A stretch of DNA of 64,000 nt from assembly GCA_963833135.1 (NCBI GenBank), contig CAWHWW010000014.1, positions 132,620-196,619 on the forward strand. Direction: 5' to 3'. The notes beneath the pieces are model-generated. The model searched no databases. It saw nothing but the letters and a program-made list of their open reading frames with translations, and was not told where the DNA came from. The stretch is from an uncultured cyanobacterium. GTDB lineage: Bacteria > Acidobacteriota > Vicinamibacteria > Vicinamibacterales > UBA2999. Below are positions 32,022 to 45,748 of the stretch, one piece after another (the stretch's first letter is position 1; the number at the start of each line of letters is the position of its first letter). A program made the translations under genes and the position numbers.

Positions 32022-32834
32022 TGGTCCGGCGCAGCTTGCGGAGGTGGACGGCATGTTCGTCCACGACGGCGTTCGTTTTTCGAGAAACGCCTTCAATCCC
32101 TCTTGTCCTTCCGGGGACACGCGCTGGGCGGCGATTGCGTCGGCGGTGATCCCCATCACGTCGGCGGGCGCCCTGCCGATCACGTTCTGAATCAGCGCTT
32201 TCGAGCGCGCCACTGCGGTCGGCGATGCGCTCAACGCTTCGTGCACAAACCGATCGACGGCCTCGTCGAGATCGGCGGCGGCCACGATCTCGTGAACGAG
32301 CCCGATCTCCTTGCCTCTCTTCGCGTCAAACCGCCGGCCCGTAAGGAACAAGTCGCGCGCCGCCGACGCGCCGATCTTCTGGAGCACGTACGGGGAAATC
32401 ATCGCCGGCAGGATGCCCAGTTTCGTCTCGGTGAAGCCGAAGATCGCGTCTTCTGCCGCGACGACGATGTCGCACACCGCGGCGAGGCCGGAGCCGCCGC
32501 CGAGCGCGGCGCCGTGGATGCGGCCGATCACGATGGCCGGGATCGTGTTGATCGCGAGAAACATCGCCGCGCCGGCGCGCGCATCGCGCACGTTGTCGTC
32601 GTGCGAATAGCCCGCCATCTTGGCCATCCAGGCGGCATCGGCACCGGCGCTGAACACCTTGCCGGCGCCGGCGAACACGACGACCCGCAGCGTGGCGTCG
32701 TCGTGCGCGCGCTTCGCCCACTCGGTCAGTTCGGCGATGACCTGTTCGTTAAAGGCGTTGCGGACATCCGGGCGGTTCAGCGTGACGCGCTCGATGCCGC
32801 CGCTGCGCTCAACCGTGAGGAATTGATAGTTCAT
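32022..32834 (-). CDS. liuC: Enoyl-CoA hydratase (methylglutaconyl-CoA hydratase-like)
   Basis: [46 protein letters not shown]; reads in frame into liuD as assembled. Confidence 0.85.
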
Positions 32835-32875
32835 CTACGTCCCACGATTATATCGGCGGCGCGGAGGGGTCTTAA

Positions 32876-32901
32876 CGGGCTTGCGGGCTACGGGCTTGCG
32901 G
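32876..32901. repeat. 7/8-bp-period repeat
   Basis: cgggcttg/cgggcta/cgggcttg/cgg. Confidence 0.5.
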
Positions 32902-32903
32902 TC

Positions 32904-34512
<1,609 letters not shown>

Positions 34513-34513
<1 letters not shown>

Positions 34514-34704
34514 TACCACCCGCAGCAGTCCGTCTTGAATCGGCAGGAGGGGCAGCGCCAGACGGCGTGCATGCGATACATGTCGGCGCCGCAGCGCTCG
34601 CATTTCATCGCGTCCGCGGCGGGAGACGCAGGAGCGGCATGGAGTGCCGATACGATCGGCGTGACGATCAGGCGCGGAACGGGCTTCGGAGAAGGTTCAT
34701 CCAC
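34513..34704 (-). CDS. Small zinc-ribbon-like protein
   Basis: CERC-x13-CPSC-x5-CCGW; TAATG stop/start overlap with liuB. Confidence 0.6.
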
Positions 34705-34838
34705 CCCGGCATTATAAGGCGTCGAGGTGGATGCCCTTGAATCGTGACAAGCCCGCAACCCATCTGATTCGCAACGAACCACAGCGCGATAATCGACACC
34801 GGAACGCCCAGTAACCAAGCAACTCCGTATTTCATCAT
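34668..34838 (-). CDS. Small membrane peptide (3' end uncertain)
   Basis: GAGGAG RBS; MKYGVAWLLGVPVSIIALWF single TM. Confidence 0.55.
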   Translation of the reverse strand: MMKYGVAWLLGVPVSIIALWFVANQMGCGLVTIQGHPPRRLIMPGWMNLLRSPFRA

Positions 34839-34870
34839 CACTCCTCTCGACAAATCCGTAGATTCAATTT

Positions 34871-34886
34871 TGCAACTTGCGTTCCA
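34871..34886 (-). promoter_or_regulatory. Sigma-54 promoter (leftward)
   Basis: Minus strand TGGAACGCAAGTTGCA (GG-N10-GC, TTGCA). Confidence 0.65.
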
Positions 34887-34894
34887 GACCGACT

Positions 34895-34910
34895 CGGCAT
34901 CACCGTTGCT
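34895..34910 (+). promoter_or_regulatory. Sigma-54 promoter (rightward)
   Basis: CGGCATCACCGTTGCT (GG-N10-GC, TTGCT); GGAGG RBS at 34923. Confidence 0.7.
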
Positions 34911-34932
34911 ATGGACTACAGCGGAGGTCGTG

Positions 34933-35228
34933 ATGAGAGCGTTCAATCACCACGGTGATTCTGTCGTCGATGGCGTTGGTTACCGAAAGTGTGGACGTCG
35001 GCACCGCGTTCAAGCAGACGGTGAACCGGTTACGCCGGAAGACGCGCCAGTGTCGTGTGCACGGTCGTCAACGGCGGCCACGAGCTCTATCGTGCGCACA
35101 CCGATACCAAGCTCTATCAGCAGTGCCTGCTGTGTGGCTACGAGACGCACGGATGGACGATTGATCGCCGCGATCGACGGTTGCATCTCGTGAGCAACTC
35201 GCAGCCGACCGCGGCGTCTCGCCGGTAG
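34933..35228 (+). CDS. Small Cys/His putative metal-binding protein (frameshifted)
   Basis: Reconstructed C-terminal frame CTVVNGGHELYRAHTDTKLYQQCLLCGYETHGW. Confidence 0.55.
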
Positions 35229-35231
35229 CGC

Positions 35232-35570
35232 CTAGACCAATCCCTTGGGCGGATCGCCATGCTCACCCGGCTGATCGCTCCAGGGGTTCGCGGGCCGCAC
35301 ATCCGAGGGGATCGGACGGCGCCAGTTGCCCATCCCGACGCCGATGCACACCAGTCCGATGGCGAGCGTCAATCCGGCTAAGGGCGCCAGGAACAGGCGT
35401 GGCGACGAGTCTGCCGCCTGGTCCGCCGGCGCGTCGGTCGCCCCGCTCAACTGCGCCGCCGAAGTCTGCCTGTCTGCACCGCCGAAAATCCCGTTGCCGT
35501 AGCACGAGGCGGCCGAGCCCGCCATTCCCACGGCGACGAGCAGCACGCCGATCGGCATCAACAATCTCAT
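35232..35570 (-). CDS. Hypothetical two-TM membrane protein
   Basis: GGAGG RBS; two hydrophobic segments. Confidence 0.6.
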   Translation of the reverse strand: MRLLMPIGVLLVAVGMAGSAASCYGNGIFGGADRQTSAAQLSGATDAPADQAADSSPRLFLAPLAGLTLAIGLVCIGVGMGNWRRPIPSDVRPANPWSDQPGEHGDPPKGLV

Positions 35571-35604
35571 ACCGCCTCCTCAGTCGACACCTCAGCCGGG
35601 CGGC

Positions 35605-37165
35605 CTAAGCGCTCGGCGATTCGCTGATCCCGCATTCCTTCATCTTGTTCAGCAGCGTCTTGTAGCTCACCTGCAGGTACTCGGCGGTCTTGCGACGGTT
35701 CCAGCGGAAGCGCTCGAGCGCGTGCTGGATCGCTTCCTTCTCCGCGCCCATCGCAGCGCTGCGCGCGAGCTCCTGCAGATTCACGCCATCGGCGCCCATC
35801 GCGGCAGCGATGCCGTCCGCGGGCGATGACGCGGACGCCGGTGCCGGCATCGCGAACGCCGGCGGCGGGGGAGCGGCGGCCATCGGCCGCGGCATCGGCG
35901 CCGACTGCGGCATCGGCTGCGCCGGCGCCGCCGCGACTCGTTCGGCGTGCTCGTATTCGGCATTGGCGCGCGCGGTGCGCAGGCGGCCGAGCTCGGCGAG
36001 GATCAGCGTTTCGTCCTGCAGCACGACGAGGCGCTTCATCATGTTTTCGAGCTCGCGGATATTGCCGGGCCACTCGTAGCGACAGCAGCGCTTCCTGCAG
36101 CACGAGCGACGGCCGCATCGCCGGCCGGTGGTACACCGACGCGAACTTCAACAGGAAGAATTCGATCAGCTGCGGAATTTCCTCGCGGCGCTCGCGCAGC
36201 GGCGGAACGTGGACCTCGATCACCTGCAGGCGGTAGTAGAGGTCTTCGCGGAACGTGCCCTGCCGCATCATCTGCTCGAGATCGCGGTTGGTCGCGGCAA
36301 TCACGCGCACGTCGACTTCGACCGTGCGGTTGCTGCCAAGTTTCGTGAACTCGCGATCCTGCAGCACGTGCAGGATCTTCGCCTGCAGCGCCTGCGGCAT
36401 CTCGCCGATTTCGTCCAGCATGATCGTGCCGTGCTGCGCGAACTCGAACTTGCCGACGCGCGTCGAGGCGGCGCCGGTGAAGGCACCGCGCTCGTGACCG
36501 AACAGCTCGCTTTCGAGCAGGTCGGCGGGCAGCGCCGCGCAGTTGACCTTGACGAACGGGGCCGAGCGCCGCGGCGAGCGCCGATGGATCTCGCGCGCGA
36601 TCACTTCCTTGCCGACGCCGCTCTCGCCGCGCAGCAGCACGCTGATGTCGTTGTCCGCGACGCGATCGACCATCGTCATCACCGGCTGCATCGCCCTGCC
36701 CGAGCTCCAGCAGGGCTGCGCGCCGTCGGGATCCTGGCCGACCTGCGTGCGCAGGCGCTGCACTTCGCTCGTCAGCGACAGGCGCTCGAGCGCGTTGCGA
36801 ATCGCCGCTTCGAGCGCGACTTCGCCGACGCCGTCGGGATCGCCGGGCTTGACGACGTAGTCGGTCGGCGCCGAGGCGGACGGCTTCGACGATCGTGGCC
36901 GGCGTCTGTCCGCCCGAGAGCATCACCACTTGCGCGGCGGGATGGGCGAGGCGGATCTGGCGCAGGGTTTCGAGGCCGTCGAGGCCGGGCATCGAGACGT
37001 CGAGCAGAATCACGTCGGGAAGCGCGCCTTCGCGCAGCCCCGCGAGCAGTGCGTCGCCGCTCTGTAGGTCAAGGTCTCGTAGCCGCGCGACCGCAACATG
37101 GTCTGCAGGTAGTCGGCGAACGGCTGGTCGTCGTCGACGATGGCGAGTGTGGCGCTGCTGCTCAT
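35605..37165 (-). CDS. Sigma-54-dependent response regulator (NtrC/AtoC type; frameshifted)
   Basis: REC (IVDDD, LLDVSMP); GESGVGKE, ESELFGHERGAFTGA, FREDLYYRL; Fis-like HTH WNRRKTA. Confidence 0.88.
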
Positions 37166-37169
37166 GCTT

Positions 37170-37817
37170 GTACCAATGGAATACGGAATCCGACGGACGC
37201 GCGGTGGTCTGCAATCCGTCCACGTCTGCACGCGATGTTTGTCGAGCACGAACGCTGCCCAGATCAGCTTCAAGCCTTTGCCGCCCTTCACGAAATCCAC
37301 CGGCCGCGCATTAGGCGCGCCGGGACCTGCTTGCAAGTGCGGCGAGCGAGTCGTTCGCTCCCGCCAGCACGATCAACCCGTCGCCGGCGCCGGTGCGCAC
37401 GGCGTGCGGCGCGTCGCGCGCTTCGTCGAACGCGGCCTTCGAGACGATCGCGACCGCTTGCGCAAGGTCGCGGTGCATTCGTCGTCTCGATCGCGCCGCG
37501 TGCCGGCGTCGCCGCACCACGCCGCGCCGTCGATTTCGCTCTGAGCCTGCAGGCTCTTGACGAAGTCCGCGCGCTGACACGCGCTCAGGGATGCCTTGCG
37601 AGGCGCTCTCTGAGAGCGCGCTCACCTTTCCCATGTCCACGCAGAGCGTGGCCAGCGTGCCGAGTGCTTGACGCGTTTGTTCGAACGCCCGGCGCGTGTC
37701 GTCGACGTTCGTAAGTCGGCCATCGAGATAAAGCTTCAAGTAACCCTGGGACACCGCCAGCGGCGTCCGGATTTCGTGGGCCAGAGTATTCAAGACCTGA
37801 GCCAAGTTCGGCTGCAT
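37170..37817 (-). CDS. Degenerate histidine kinase / putative phosphotransferase (frameshifted; 3' end uncertain)
   Basis: H-box LAHEIRTPLAV at the extreme N-terminus; no clear N or G1 box; GGKGL remnant. Confidence 0.55.
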
Positions 37818-37900
37818 TCCCGAAGACGTAGCACGTCCGGCTCATCCTCAACCGTTTGGCATGCATCGTGAAATGGCAGGCGATAGATGGGCGTGTAGCC

Positions 37901-38341
37901 ATGACGACCGGCAAACACATTCTGATCGTCGACGATTACCCGGACGCCCTCGATATCTGGGCGATCTATCTGCGGGCGCATGGGCTATCAGGTCTCGACC
38001 GCCGGCGATGGCGCCGCGGCCCTCGCGCAGGCGGAGCGCCTGCTTCCGGATCTCATCGTCCTCGATCTCGAGCTGCCGCGTATGTCCGGATTCGACGTGG
38101 CGCAGCCGGCTGCGCGCGAATCCCGAGACGCAACACATTCCGCTCATCGCGGCGACAGGCTATTCGCACGTCACGCAACTCGACCGCGCGCGCGATGCCG
38201 GCTTCGATCAGCATCGTCGTCAAGCCATGCGACCCCGACTTGCTCGTCGAGGAAATCGAGCGGCTGCTGCATGCCGCTGACGGAGTCCGGACGACCAGCC
38301 CAGCCAGTATGGCTGTGGAGCATCGTCACAACAATGGGTAG
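37901..38341 (+). CDS. Single-domain response regulator (frameshifted)
   Basis: HILIVDD, IVLDLELP, IPLIAATG, VKPCD. Confidence 0.8.
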   Translation: MTTGKHILIVDDYPDALDIWAIYLRAHGLSGLDRRRWRRGPRAGGAPASGSHRPRSRAAAYVRIRRGAAGCARIPRRNTFRSSRRQAIRTSRNSTARAMPASISIVVKPCDPDLLVEEIERLLHAADGVRTTSPASMAVEHRHNNG

Positions 38342-38364
38342 CACGTTACCTAGCGGTGGAGCAA

Positions 38365-38800
38365 ATGACGACAGATACGGCTGTGCTTGAGCGCGCGCTG
38401 GTCGTGATGGCCATTTCCATGGCCGTGCAAACCCTGCTGCTTCGTCGGGCGCGGCGGTCGCAGCGTTCATCGCGTGGCGCCGGACGGCCGCGGCACTGGC
38501 GGAGGTGAAGGCCAGGACCGAAGCGCAGATCGCCGAGCTTCGCGGCGCATCTCGATCGCATGGCGACCACGGTTGATGAAACCGCGCGCGCGCTGCGCCG
38601 CGGCACGAACGCGGTCGATGACGTGATGACCGACGTGCGCGATGCGATGGGCACGGTCAGGAATTCGGTGGGCACGGTGGCGTCGGTGGTAACCGGCGCC
38701 GCGCGCCGCGCTCGCACTCGGACTCTGGCGGGGAATTCAAGTCTGGCGCAGGCGTCGCGCCGCGCAGCGGATCGCTGCGGCCGCTACTTCAGAGTTGTAA
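38365..38800 (+). CDS. Hypothetical TM plus coiled-coil protein (DUF948/YtxG-like; frameshifted)
   Basis: GGAG RBS; N-terminal hydrophobic segment then heptad-like region; precedes YtxH gene. Confidence 0.5.
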
Positions 38801-38828
38801 CACGACGCAGTTGGAAAAGGAGAGGGCA

Positions 38829-39147
38829 ATGACACGGTGGAACGACGAAGAATCAACGGGCAGCGGCACGTTCCTGCTGGGCGCGCTGGCTGGTGCGCTC
38901 GTGGGCGCCGGCGTCGCGCTGTTGATGGCGCCCAAGGCGGGCGCCGAGGTCCGCAGGGATCTCAGCTGAAGGCTACAGCTCGGTGCGCGACGCGGCCACG
39001 CGCCGCTACCGCGATCTCGCCGATCGCGCCTCGGCGAAATTGGACCAGGCGTCGGCGAAGTTCGAACAGAAAGTCGATCAGTACAAGGGCCGTACCACGT
39101 CAACCATGGGCGACACGACGTCGCCTAGCGGCATGCCGCGCGTCTAG
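38829..39147 (+). CDS. YtxH domain protein (frameshift near 38965)
   Basis: FLLGALAGALVGAGVALLMAPKAGAEVRRDL. Confidence 0.8.
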
Positions 39148-39159
39148 GAGCGACTATCA

Positions 39160-39309
39160 ATGCTGACAACCATTCTCGTTCTGCTGATCGTCCTGTGGCT
39201 GCTCGGAATGGTGAGCTCGTACACGCTGGGCGGGTTCATCCACATCCTGCTCGTGCTCGCGATCGCGGTCGTGCTGATCCGCGTGATTCAGGGCCGACGA
39301 GTCGTTTGA
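39160..39309 (+). CDS. lmo0937 family (DUF5670) 49-aa membrane protein
   Basis: MLTTILVLLIVLWLLGMVSSYTLGGFIHILLVLAIAVVLIRVIQGRRVV; AGGAG RBS. Confidence 0.88.
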   Translation: MLTTILVLLIVLWLLGMVSSYTLGGFIHILLVLAIAVVLIRVIQGRRVV

Positions 39310-39327
39310 CGGGTCGCTGGCTCCCGT

Positions 39328-39391
39328 TAGTGGGGAGTGATTGGGGAGATGGGAGCGTCAAGATCGCTCCCCGCTCCTCCGCTCGCCACTC
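39328..39391. repeat. Purine/pyrimidine short-period inverted repeat (terminator-like)
   Basis: agtggggagtgattggggagatgggagcg ... cgctccccgctcctccgctcgccactc. Confidence 0.55.
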
Positions 39392-39452
39392 GCAGACAGG
39401 CTGTCATCTTCTGTATTAATACGCTACACTTCCGCATGGTTGGCCTGCAGAT

Positions 39453-40876
<1,424 letters not shown>

Positions 40877-40900
40877 GATCTCGCGGCGTAAGCGCGGCGC

Positions 40901-41801
40901 ATGCCCGAGCCGAGGCCCGCCGGCCACATCCGCCTGATCGGCCTCGCCGCCTGGCGTGGCGTCGGCGAGCTGTACAACAGCGACGGCCTGACCCACGCCG
41001 CGTCGATCGCCTATTACACGCTGCTGTCGTTCTTCCCGATGATGCTGCTCGCCCTGTCGATCCTCGGCGAGATGACGTCGGACCCCGCCGATCGCGACGC
41101 CGTGGTGCGGTTCGTCTTCCGCTATTTCCCGCGCCAGTTCGGATTCATCTCCGGTCAGCTCGACGCGTTCCAGACGCACGCCGGTCACGTTTGGCTTCTG
41201 GGGGATCGTCGCGCTGGTGTGGGCGTCGCTCGGCGTCTTCAACGCGATCACGTCGGCGGTCAATCACGCCTGGGCGGTGGAGAAGCGGCGCAGCTTCCTG
41301 AAGCACCGGCTGGTCGGCTTCCTGATGATGGTGTCGGCCGGCCTCGTCCTGATGCGTCGGACTGGTGATCGCGAGCCTGGTGCGTCTTGCCGAGACGCGA
41401 CTCGGCGAGGCGATGGTGCGATCGCCGTGGCTCGACAATTTTTCGGGCGTCTTTGCGCAGCTACCTGGCGACGCTGCTCCTGATCGGCTGTGTCGCGCTG
41501 GTGTTCTATTTCATCCCGAATACGCAAGGTCCGCTTCCGCGACGTGTGGCCCGGCGCGATCCTCGTCGGCGTGCTGTGGCGCATCGCGTTGCGGCTCTTC
41601 TCGTGGTACGCCGCCGACCTTGCGACCTGGAACGTGATCCACGGTTCGATCGCCGCCGTCGTCGTGTTCCTGTTGTGGATCTACGTGAGCGCGGTGATCC
41701 TGCTGTACGGCGTCGAGATGACGGCCAGCTACGCGCGGCTGCAGGACGCCGCCATCCGGCACACGACGCTGAGCAAGGAACTGCAGGCGCCTGAAACTTG
41801 A
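40901..41801 (+). CDS. yihY: YihY/virulence factor BrkB family membrane protein (frameshifted)
   Basis: AASIAYYTLLSFFP, VWPGA, HGSIAAVVVFLLWIYVSAVILLYG. Confidence 0.85.
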
Positions 41802-41885
41802 GGGCTTGAGGGCTTAAGGGCTTGAGGGCTTGCGGTCCGAGAATCTCAAGCCTCCAAGCCTCAAGCCCCAAGCCCCCAAGCCCAG
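41797..41885. repeat. 8-bp-period inverted repeat
   Basis: (gagggctt)n ... (caagcctc/caagccc)n. Confidence 0.8.
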
Positions 41886-41897
41886 TATGATCGTGTA

Positions 41898-44083
41898 ATG
41901 CCCAATCGACTCGCGAGCGAGCAGAGCCCCTACCTTCTGCAGCACGCCAACAATCCCGTCGACTGGTATCCCTGGGGCGCGGACGCGTTCGAGGCCGCGC
42001 GCGCGTCCGGCAAGCCCATCTTCCTGTCGATCGGTTACGCGACGTGCCACTGGTGTCACGTCATGGAGCGCGAGTCGTTCGAGAACGAGGGCGTCGCGAA
42101 GGTCCTGAACGATCTGTTCGTCTCGATCAAGGTCGATCGCGAGGAGCGGCCGGACGTCGATCGCGTCTACATGACGTTCGTGCAGGCGACCACCGGATCC
42201 GGCGGCTGGCCGATGAGCGTGTGGCTGACGCCCGAGCTGCAGCCGTTCTTCGGCGGCACCTATTTCCCGCCGTCGTCACAGTGGGGACGGCCCGGGTTCG
42301 TCGACGTGCTGGCCGAGATCGGCCGCGCGTGGCGCGAGGATCGGCTGAAGGTGGTGAAGTCCGCCGGCGGAGATCGTCGAGCGGCTGACCCTGATGGCGC
42401 GCGGGCAGGACGATCGCCGGATCCCCGGCGAGGACGCGCTCGCCAAGACGCTGCAACCAGTTTCAACAGTCGTTCGATACCCGGCGCGGCGGTTTTGGCG
42501 ATGCGCCGAAGTTTCCGCGGCCGAGCGAGCTGTTGTTCCTGCTGCGGGAGTCAGCCCGCGTCGGTAACGACGCGGGCCGGACAATGGTGGTGCAGACGCT
42601 CCGGGCGATGGCGCTCGGCGGCATGCGCGATCACATCGGCGGCGGGTTTCATCGCTATTCGGTGGACGGCAACTGGCGGGTGCCGCACTTCGAGAAGATG
42701 CTCTACGACCAGGCGCAGATCGTGCTGGCGTGTCTCGAGGCGGCGCAGGCCGGCGATGATCCGTTCTTCGCGCAGATTGCCGAAGACACGCTGCAGTACG
42801 TGCGCCGCGACATGACCGACGCGAAGCGGCGGCTTCTATTCGGCGGAGGATGCGGACAGCCTGCCGCCGGAGCAGCCTCGAGATCCACCTTCGCCAAGGC
42901 TCCGGTGGGCAGGCAGGACCTCGAGACCACACCAGCGCACATAAAGTCGAAGGCGCGTTCTACGTCTGGACCGCCGAGGAGATTCGCGCCGCGCTCGGCG
43001 ACGACAGCGCGATCTTCGAGGGTCGTTACGGCGTTCTGCCGAATGGCAACGCGCCGTTCGATCCGCAGCACGAGTTCGTCAACAAGAACCTGTTGTATAC
43101 GGCGCAATCGATCGCCGACCTCGCCAAGGGCGCGAACAAGGCGCCGATCGACGTCGCCGAATCGCTGCTGCGGGCGCGTCAAATCCTGTTCGACGCGCGT
43201 GAGCCAAGGCCTCGTCCGCAGCTCGACGACAAGGTGCTGACCGCGTGGAACGGGCTGATGATCGCGGCGTTCGCCCGCGCGTCGCGAGTGCTGGGCGGTG
43301 GCGCGCTGGGACAGGACAACGGCGAGAATCCGGCCGGCGGCGCATCTCCGCAGTGCGACCGCGGCAGCGTCGTTCATCCGCGACACGATGTGGAATGCGA
43401 GCACGCGCACCCTGCTGCGCCGTTATCGCGCCGGAAGTGCGGCAATCGACGGCTATGCCGAGGACTATCGCCTGCCTCATCTTCGGCGTGCTGGAGCTGT
43501 TCCAGGCGTCCGGCGATCCCGGCTGGCTGGCATGGGCGCGTGATCTTCAGGCACGCCAGGATGAGCTCTTCTGGGACTCCGGGAGCGGCGGATGGTTCAG
43601 CACCACCGGATACGATCCGTCGGTGCTGGTGCGGATGAAAGAGGACTACGACGGTGCCGAGCCGGCTCCGACTTCGGTATCGGCGATGAACCTGCTGACG
43701 CTCGCGCACCTCACGGGCGAGCGCGACCTACGCCGATCGGGCGACGGAGGCGATGGCGTCGTTCGGCGGACGCCTCGAAGAAACGGGCCGCGCCGTGCCG
43801 TTCATGGCGGCGGCGTTGTCGATGTCGATCGCCGCCGAGCGAACAAATCGTGATTGTCGGCCCGCGCGACGCCGCGGCGACAGAGGCGCTGTGGATCGCC
43901 GCGCACAAGAAGTACCGGCCGTTCTCGGTGATCACGCGCATCGATCCGAAGGACCAGGCAGCGCTCGCCGCGCACATGCCGTGGACCGCGGGGATGAAAA
44001 TGATCGACGGCAAGCCAACTGTCTACGTGTGCCGTGGTTTTACGTGCGACGCGCCTTCGACGGATCCGGCGGTGCTTGCGTGA
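41898..44083 (+). CDS. yyaL: Thioredoxin-domain protein YyaL/SSP411 (DUF255; multiple frameshifts)
   Basis: [48 protein letters not shown]. Confidence 0.9.
42884..42914. repeat. 31-bp palindromic element inside yyaL
   Basis: tccaccttcgccaaggctccggtgggcaggc; reverse complement of the copy at 54050. Confidence 0.7.
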
Positions 44084-44854
44084 GCGCGACAATCGATGTC
44101 GTCTCGACCGCCAGGGGCGCGTGGCGCCGCATCGTGCTCGGCGGCGGGCGAGGGAACCTGCTCTCGCTCGAATTGGTTCGCGAACTCGATCGCGCCCTGC
44201 ATTCACTGGAGTCAGCAGCGCGGCATCAAGTGGCTGACGCTCGAGGGCAGCGGCGGCGAGTTTTCATATGGCGCGCGAATCCAGGAGCACACGCCGGAAC
44301 TGATGGCGACGGTGCTGCCCGAAACGCATCGCGTCATCAGGCGGCTGCTGTCATTTCCCGCCTGTACCGCCGCCCTGGTGGAAGGCCGTTGTCTTGGCGG
44401 CGGATTCGAACTGGCCCTGGGATGCGATGACATCATTGCCACTGAAGCGGCGACGTTCGGCCTGCCCGAGATCCGGCTCGCAGCGTTTCCGCCTGCGGCG
44501 GCCGCGCTGTTGCCATTGCGTGTCGGCGCCTCACGGGCCACGCGGTCGATCGTCACCGGCCAGACGCAGGGCGCCCGGTATTGGCACGACGCGGGCCTGC
44601 TGTCGATGGTCGCGTCCCAGGCCAGCCTGCTCGAAGCCGCCGCGTCATGGTTTGATGCGCACCTGGCGCCGCACTCGGTGATTGCCCTGTCTCACGCGGT
44701 CATGGCAGCGCGGCTGACCCTGCGAGCGCAGGCCGAGCCCGCGCTCGAGCAGGCTGAGCGTGATTATCTCGATGGCTTGCTCAAGACCGAAGACGCGGTC
44801 GAAGGCGTCAGGGCATGGCTGGAAAAGCGTTCGCCCACCTGGAAGAACAGTTAA
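44080..44854 (+). CDS. Enoyl-CoA hydratase/isomerase family protein (frameshift near 44210)
   Basis: FSYGA, CLGGGFELAL, FGLPEIRL, EGVRAWLEKR. Confidence 0.85.
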
Positions 44855-44893
44855 CCTTAACCTTTGAACCATTGAACCCATGAACGGTGAACC
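44851..44893. repeat. 8-bp-period repeat
   Basis: ttaacc/ttaacct/ttgaacca/ttgaaccc/atgaacg/gtgaacc. Confidence 0.6.
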
Positions 44894-44896
44894 GAC

Positions 44897-45244
44897 ATGA
44901 TTGACGTGGACGTCTGGGTCCGTGGGCGCCAGGATGCGGCGACCGAACAGATCGACGGCATCAGCCAGAACGCCGCATCGTGGACGGATGTCGATGTCAA
45001 GAAGCTGCTCGAGGGTATGCTGCTCGCGCTCGAGCGCGTCAACAATCCGGGCGGCGTTCCGCCAGAGGTGACGCTGCGCGGTTTCAGCTGGATTGTGAGC
45101 GCCGATGATGGCGGCGTGCTGCTGCATCTGGAAATGCAGCTCGGCACCGTCAGCGCCGGCCCGTTTGCAATCGGCGAGACGCGCTTGACGGAGATGATCG
45201 GCCGGGTACTTGGCGGGCCAAGGGTGTCGACGTTAGTTCACTGA
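44897..45244 (+). CDS. Hypothetical protein
   Basis: 115-aa ORF with typical GC3-rich codon usage. Confidence 0.7.
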   Translation: MIDVDVWVRGRQDAATEQIDGISQNAASWTDVDVKKLLEGMLLALERVNNPGGVPPEVTLRGFSWIVSADDGGVLLHLEMQLGTVSAGPFAIGETRLTEMIGRVLGGPRVSTLVH

Positions 45245-45261
45245 CTGGGAACGCCTGACGC

Positions 45262-45459
45262 TTAAGTCGCGATTTGTTGCCCACTCACCGTGACAGACAG
45301 CACTTCCAACTTGGATCGGAACAGAACCTTGCCGGCCGCGTCGTAGACTTCGACGCCAGGTTTCAGAAAGTTCGCGGATCTCCCATCGGCCAGTGTCACC
45401 TGCCGCCCATCGGCGGCAAACACGACGACCACTCCTGCAGACATGACTATATTGGTCAT
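45262..45459 (-). CDS. Small hypothetical beta-rich protein
   Basis: 65-aa ORF; no recognisable family. Confidence 0.4.
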   Translation of the reverse strand: MTNIVMSAGVVVVFAADGRQVTLADGRSANFLKPGVEVYDAAGKVLFRSKLEVLSVTVSGQQIAT

Positions 45460-45603
45460 CCCAAATGGATGATCCTAATTGCGGTCTTCTGATTCGTGTG
45501 TTGATCAGGATCAACTTGCCATCAGGCCATCAAGACCCGTCGCGGGACGCTTTCGGCCATAGAGATAGTCCGTGATTGTCGGTGAGTTACACTGACCACG
45601 CAC

Positions 45604-45687
45604 GGCCCCGTGGTGAAATTGGCAAACACTGCAGACTTAAAATCTGCTGCTCGTAAGGGCTTCTGGGTTCGATTCCCAGCGGGGCCA
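45604..45687 (+). tRNA. tRNA-Leu (anticodon TAA)
   Basis: Acceptor GGCCCCG/CGGGGCC-A; D arm GTGAAATTGGCAAACAC; anticodon arm GCAGA-CTTAAAA-TCTGC; long variable arm; GGTTCGATTCC; CCA not encoded. Confidence 0.95.
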
Positions 45688-45748
45688 CACTTTAACTGTT
45701 CGATCACCAAACGGGTCAGGTACAGCAAACGCTGAAGCAGCCTGAGCG

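Noticed and set aside
31503-32834. Enoyl-CoA hydratase-biotin carboxylase fusion protein
   Set aside because: The junction contains an ATGATG typical of a stop/start overlap and lies in an indel-rich region; a single frameshift error explains the fusion.
45604-45687. bldA-like TTA-codon regulation
   Set aside because: TTA codons occur in ordinary genes here (S9 peptidase, MBL hydrolase, ypfJ, mutase), so there is no sign of a restricted regulon.
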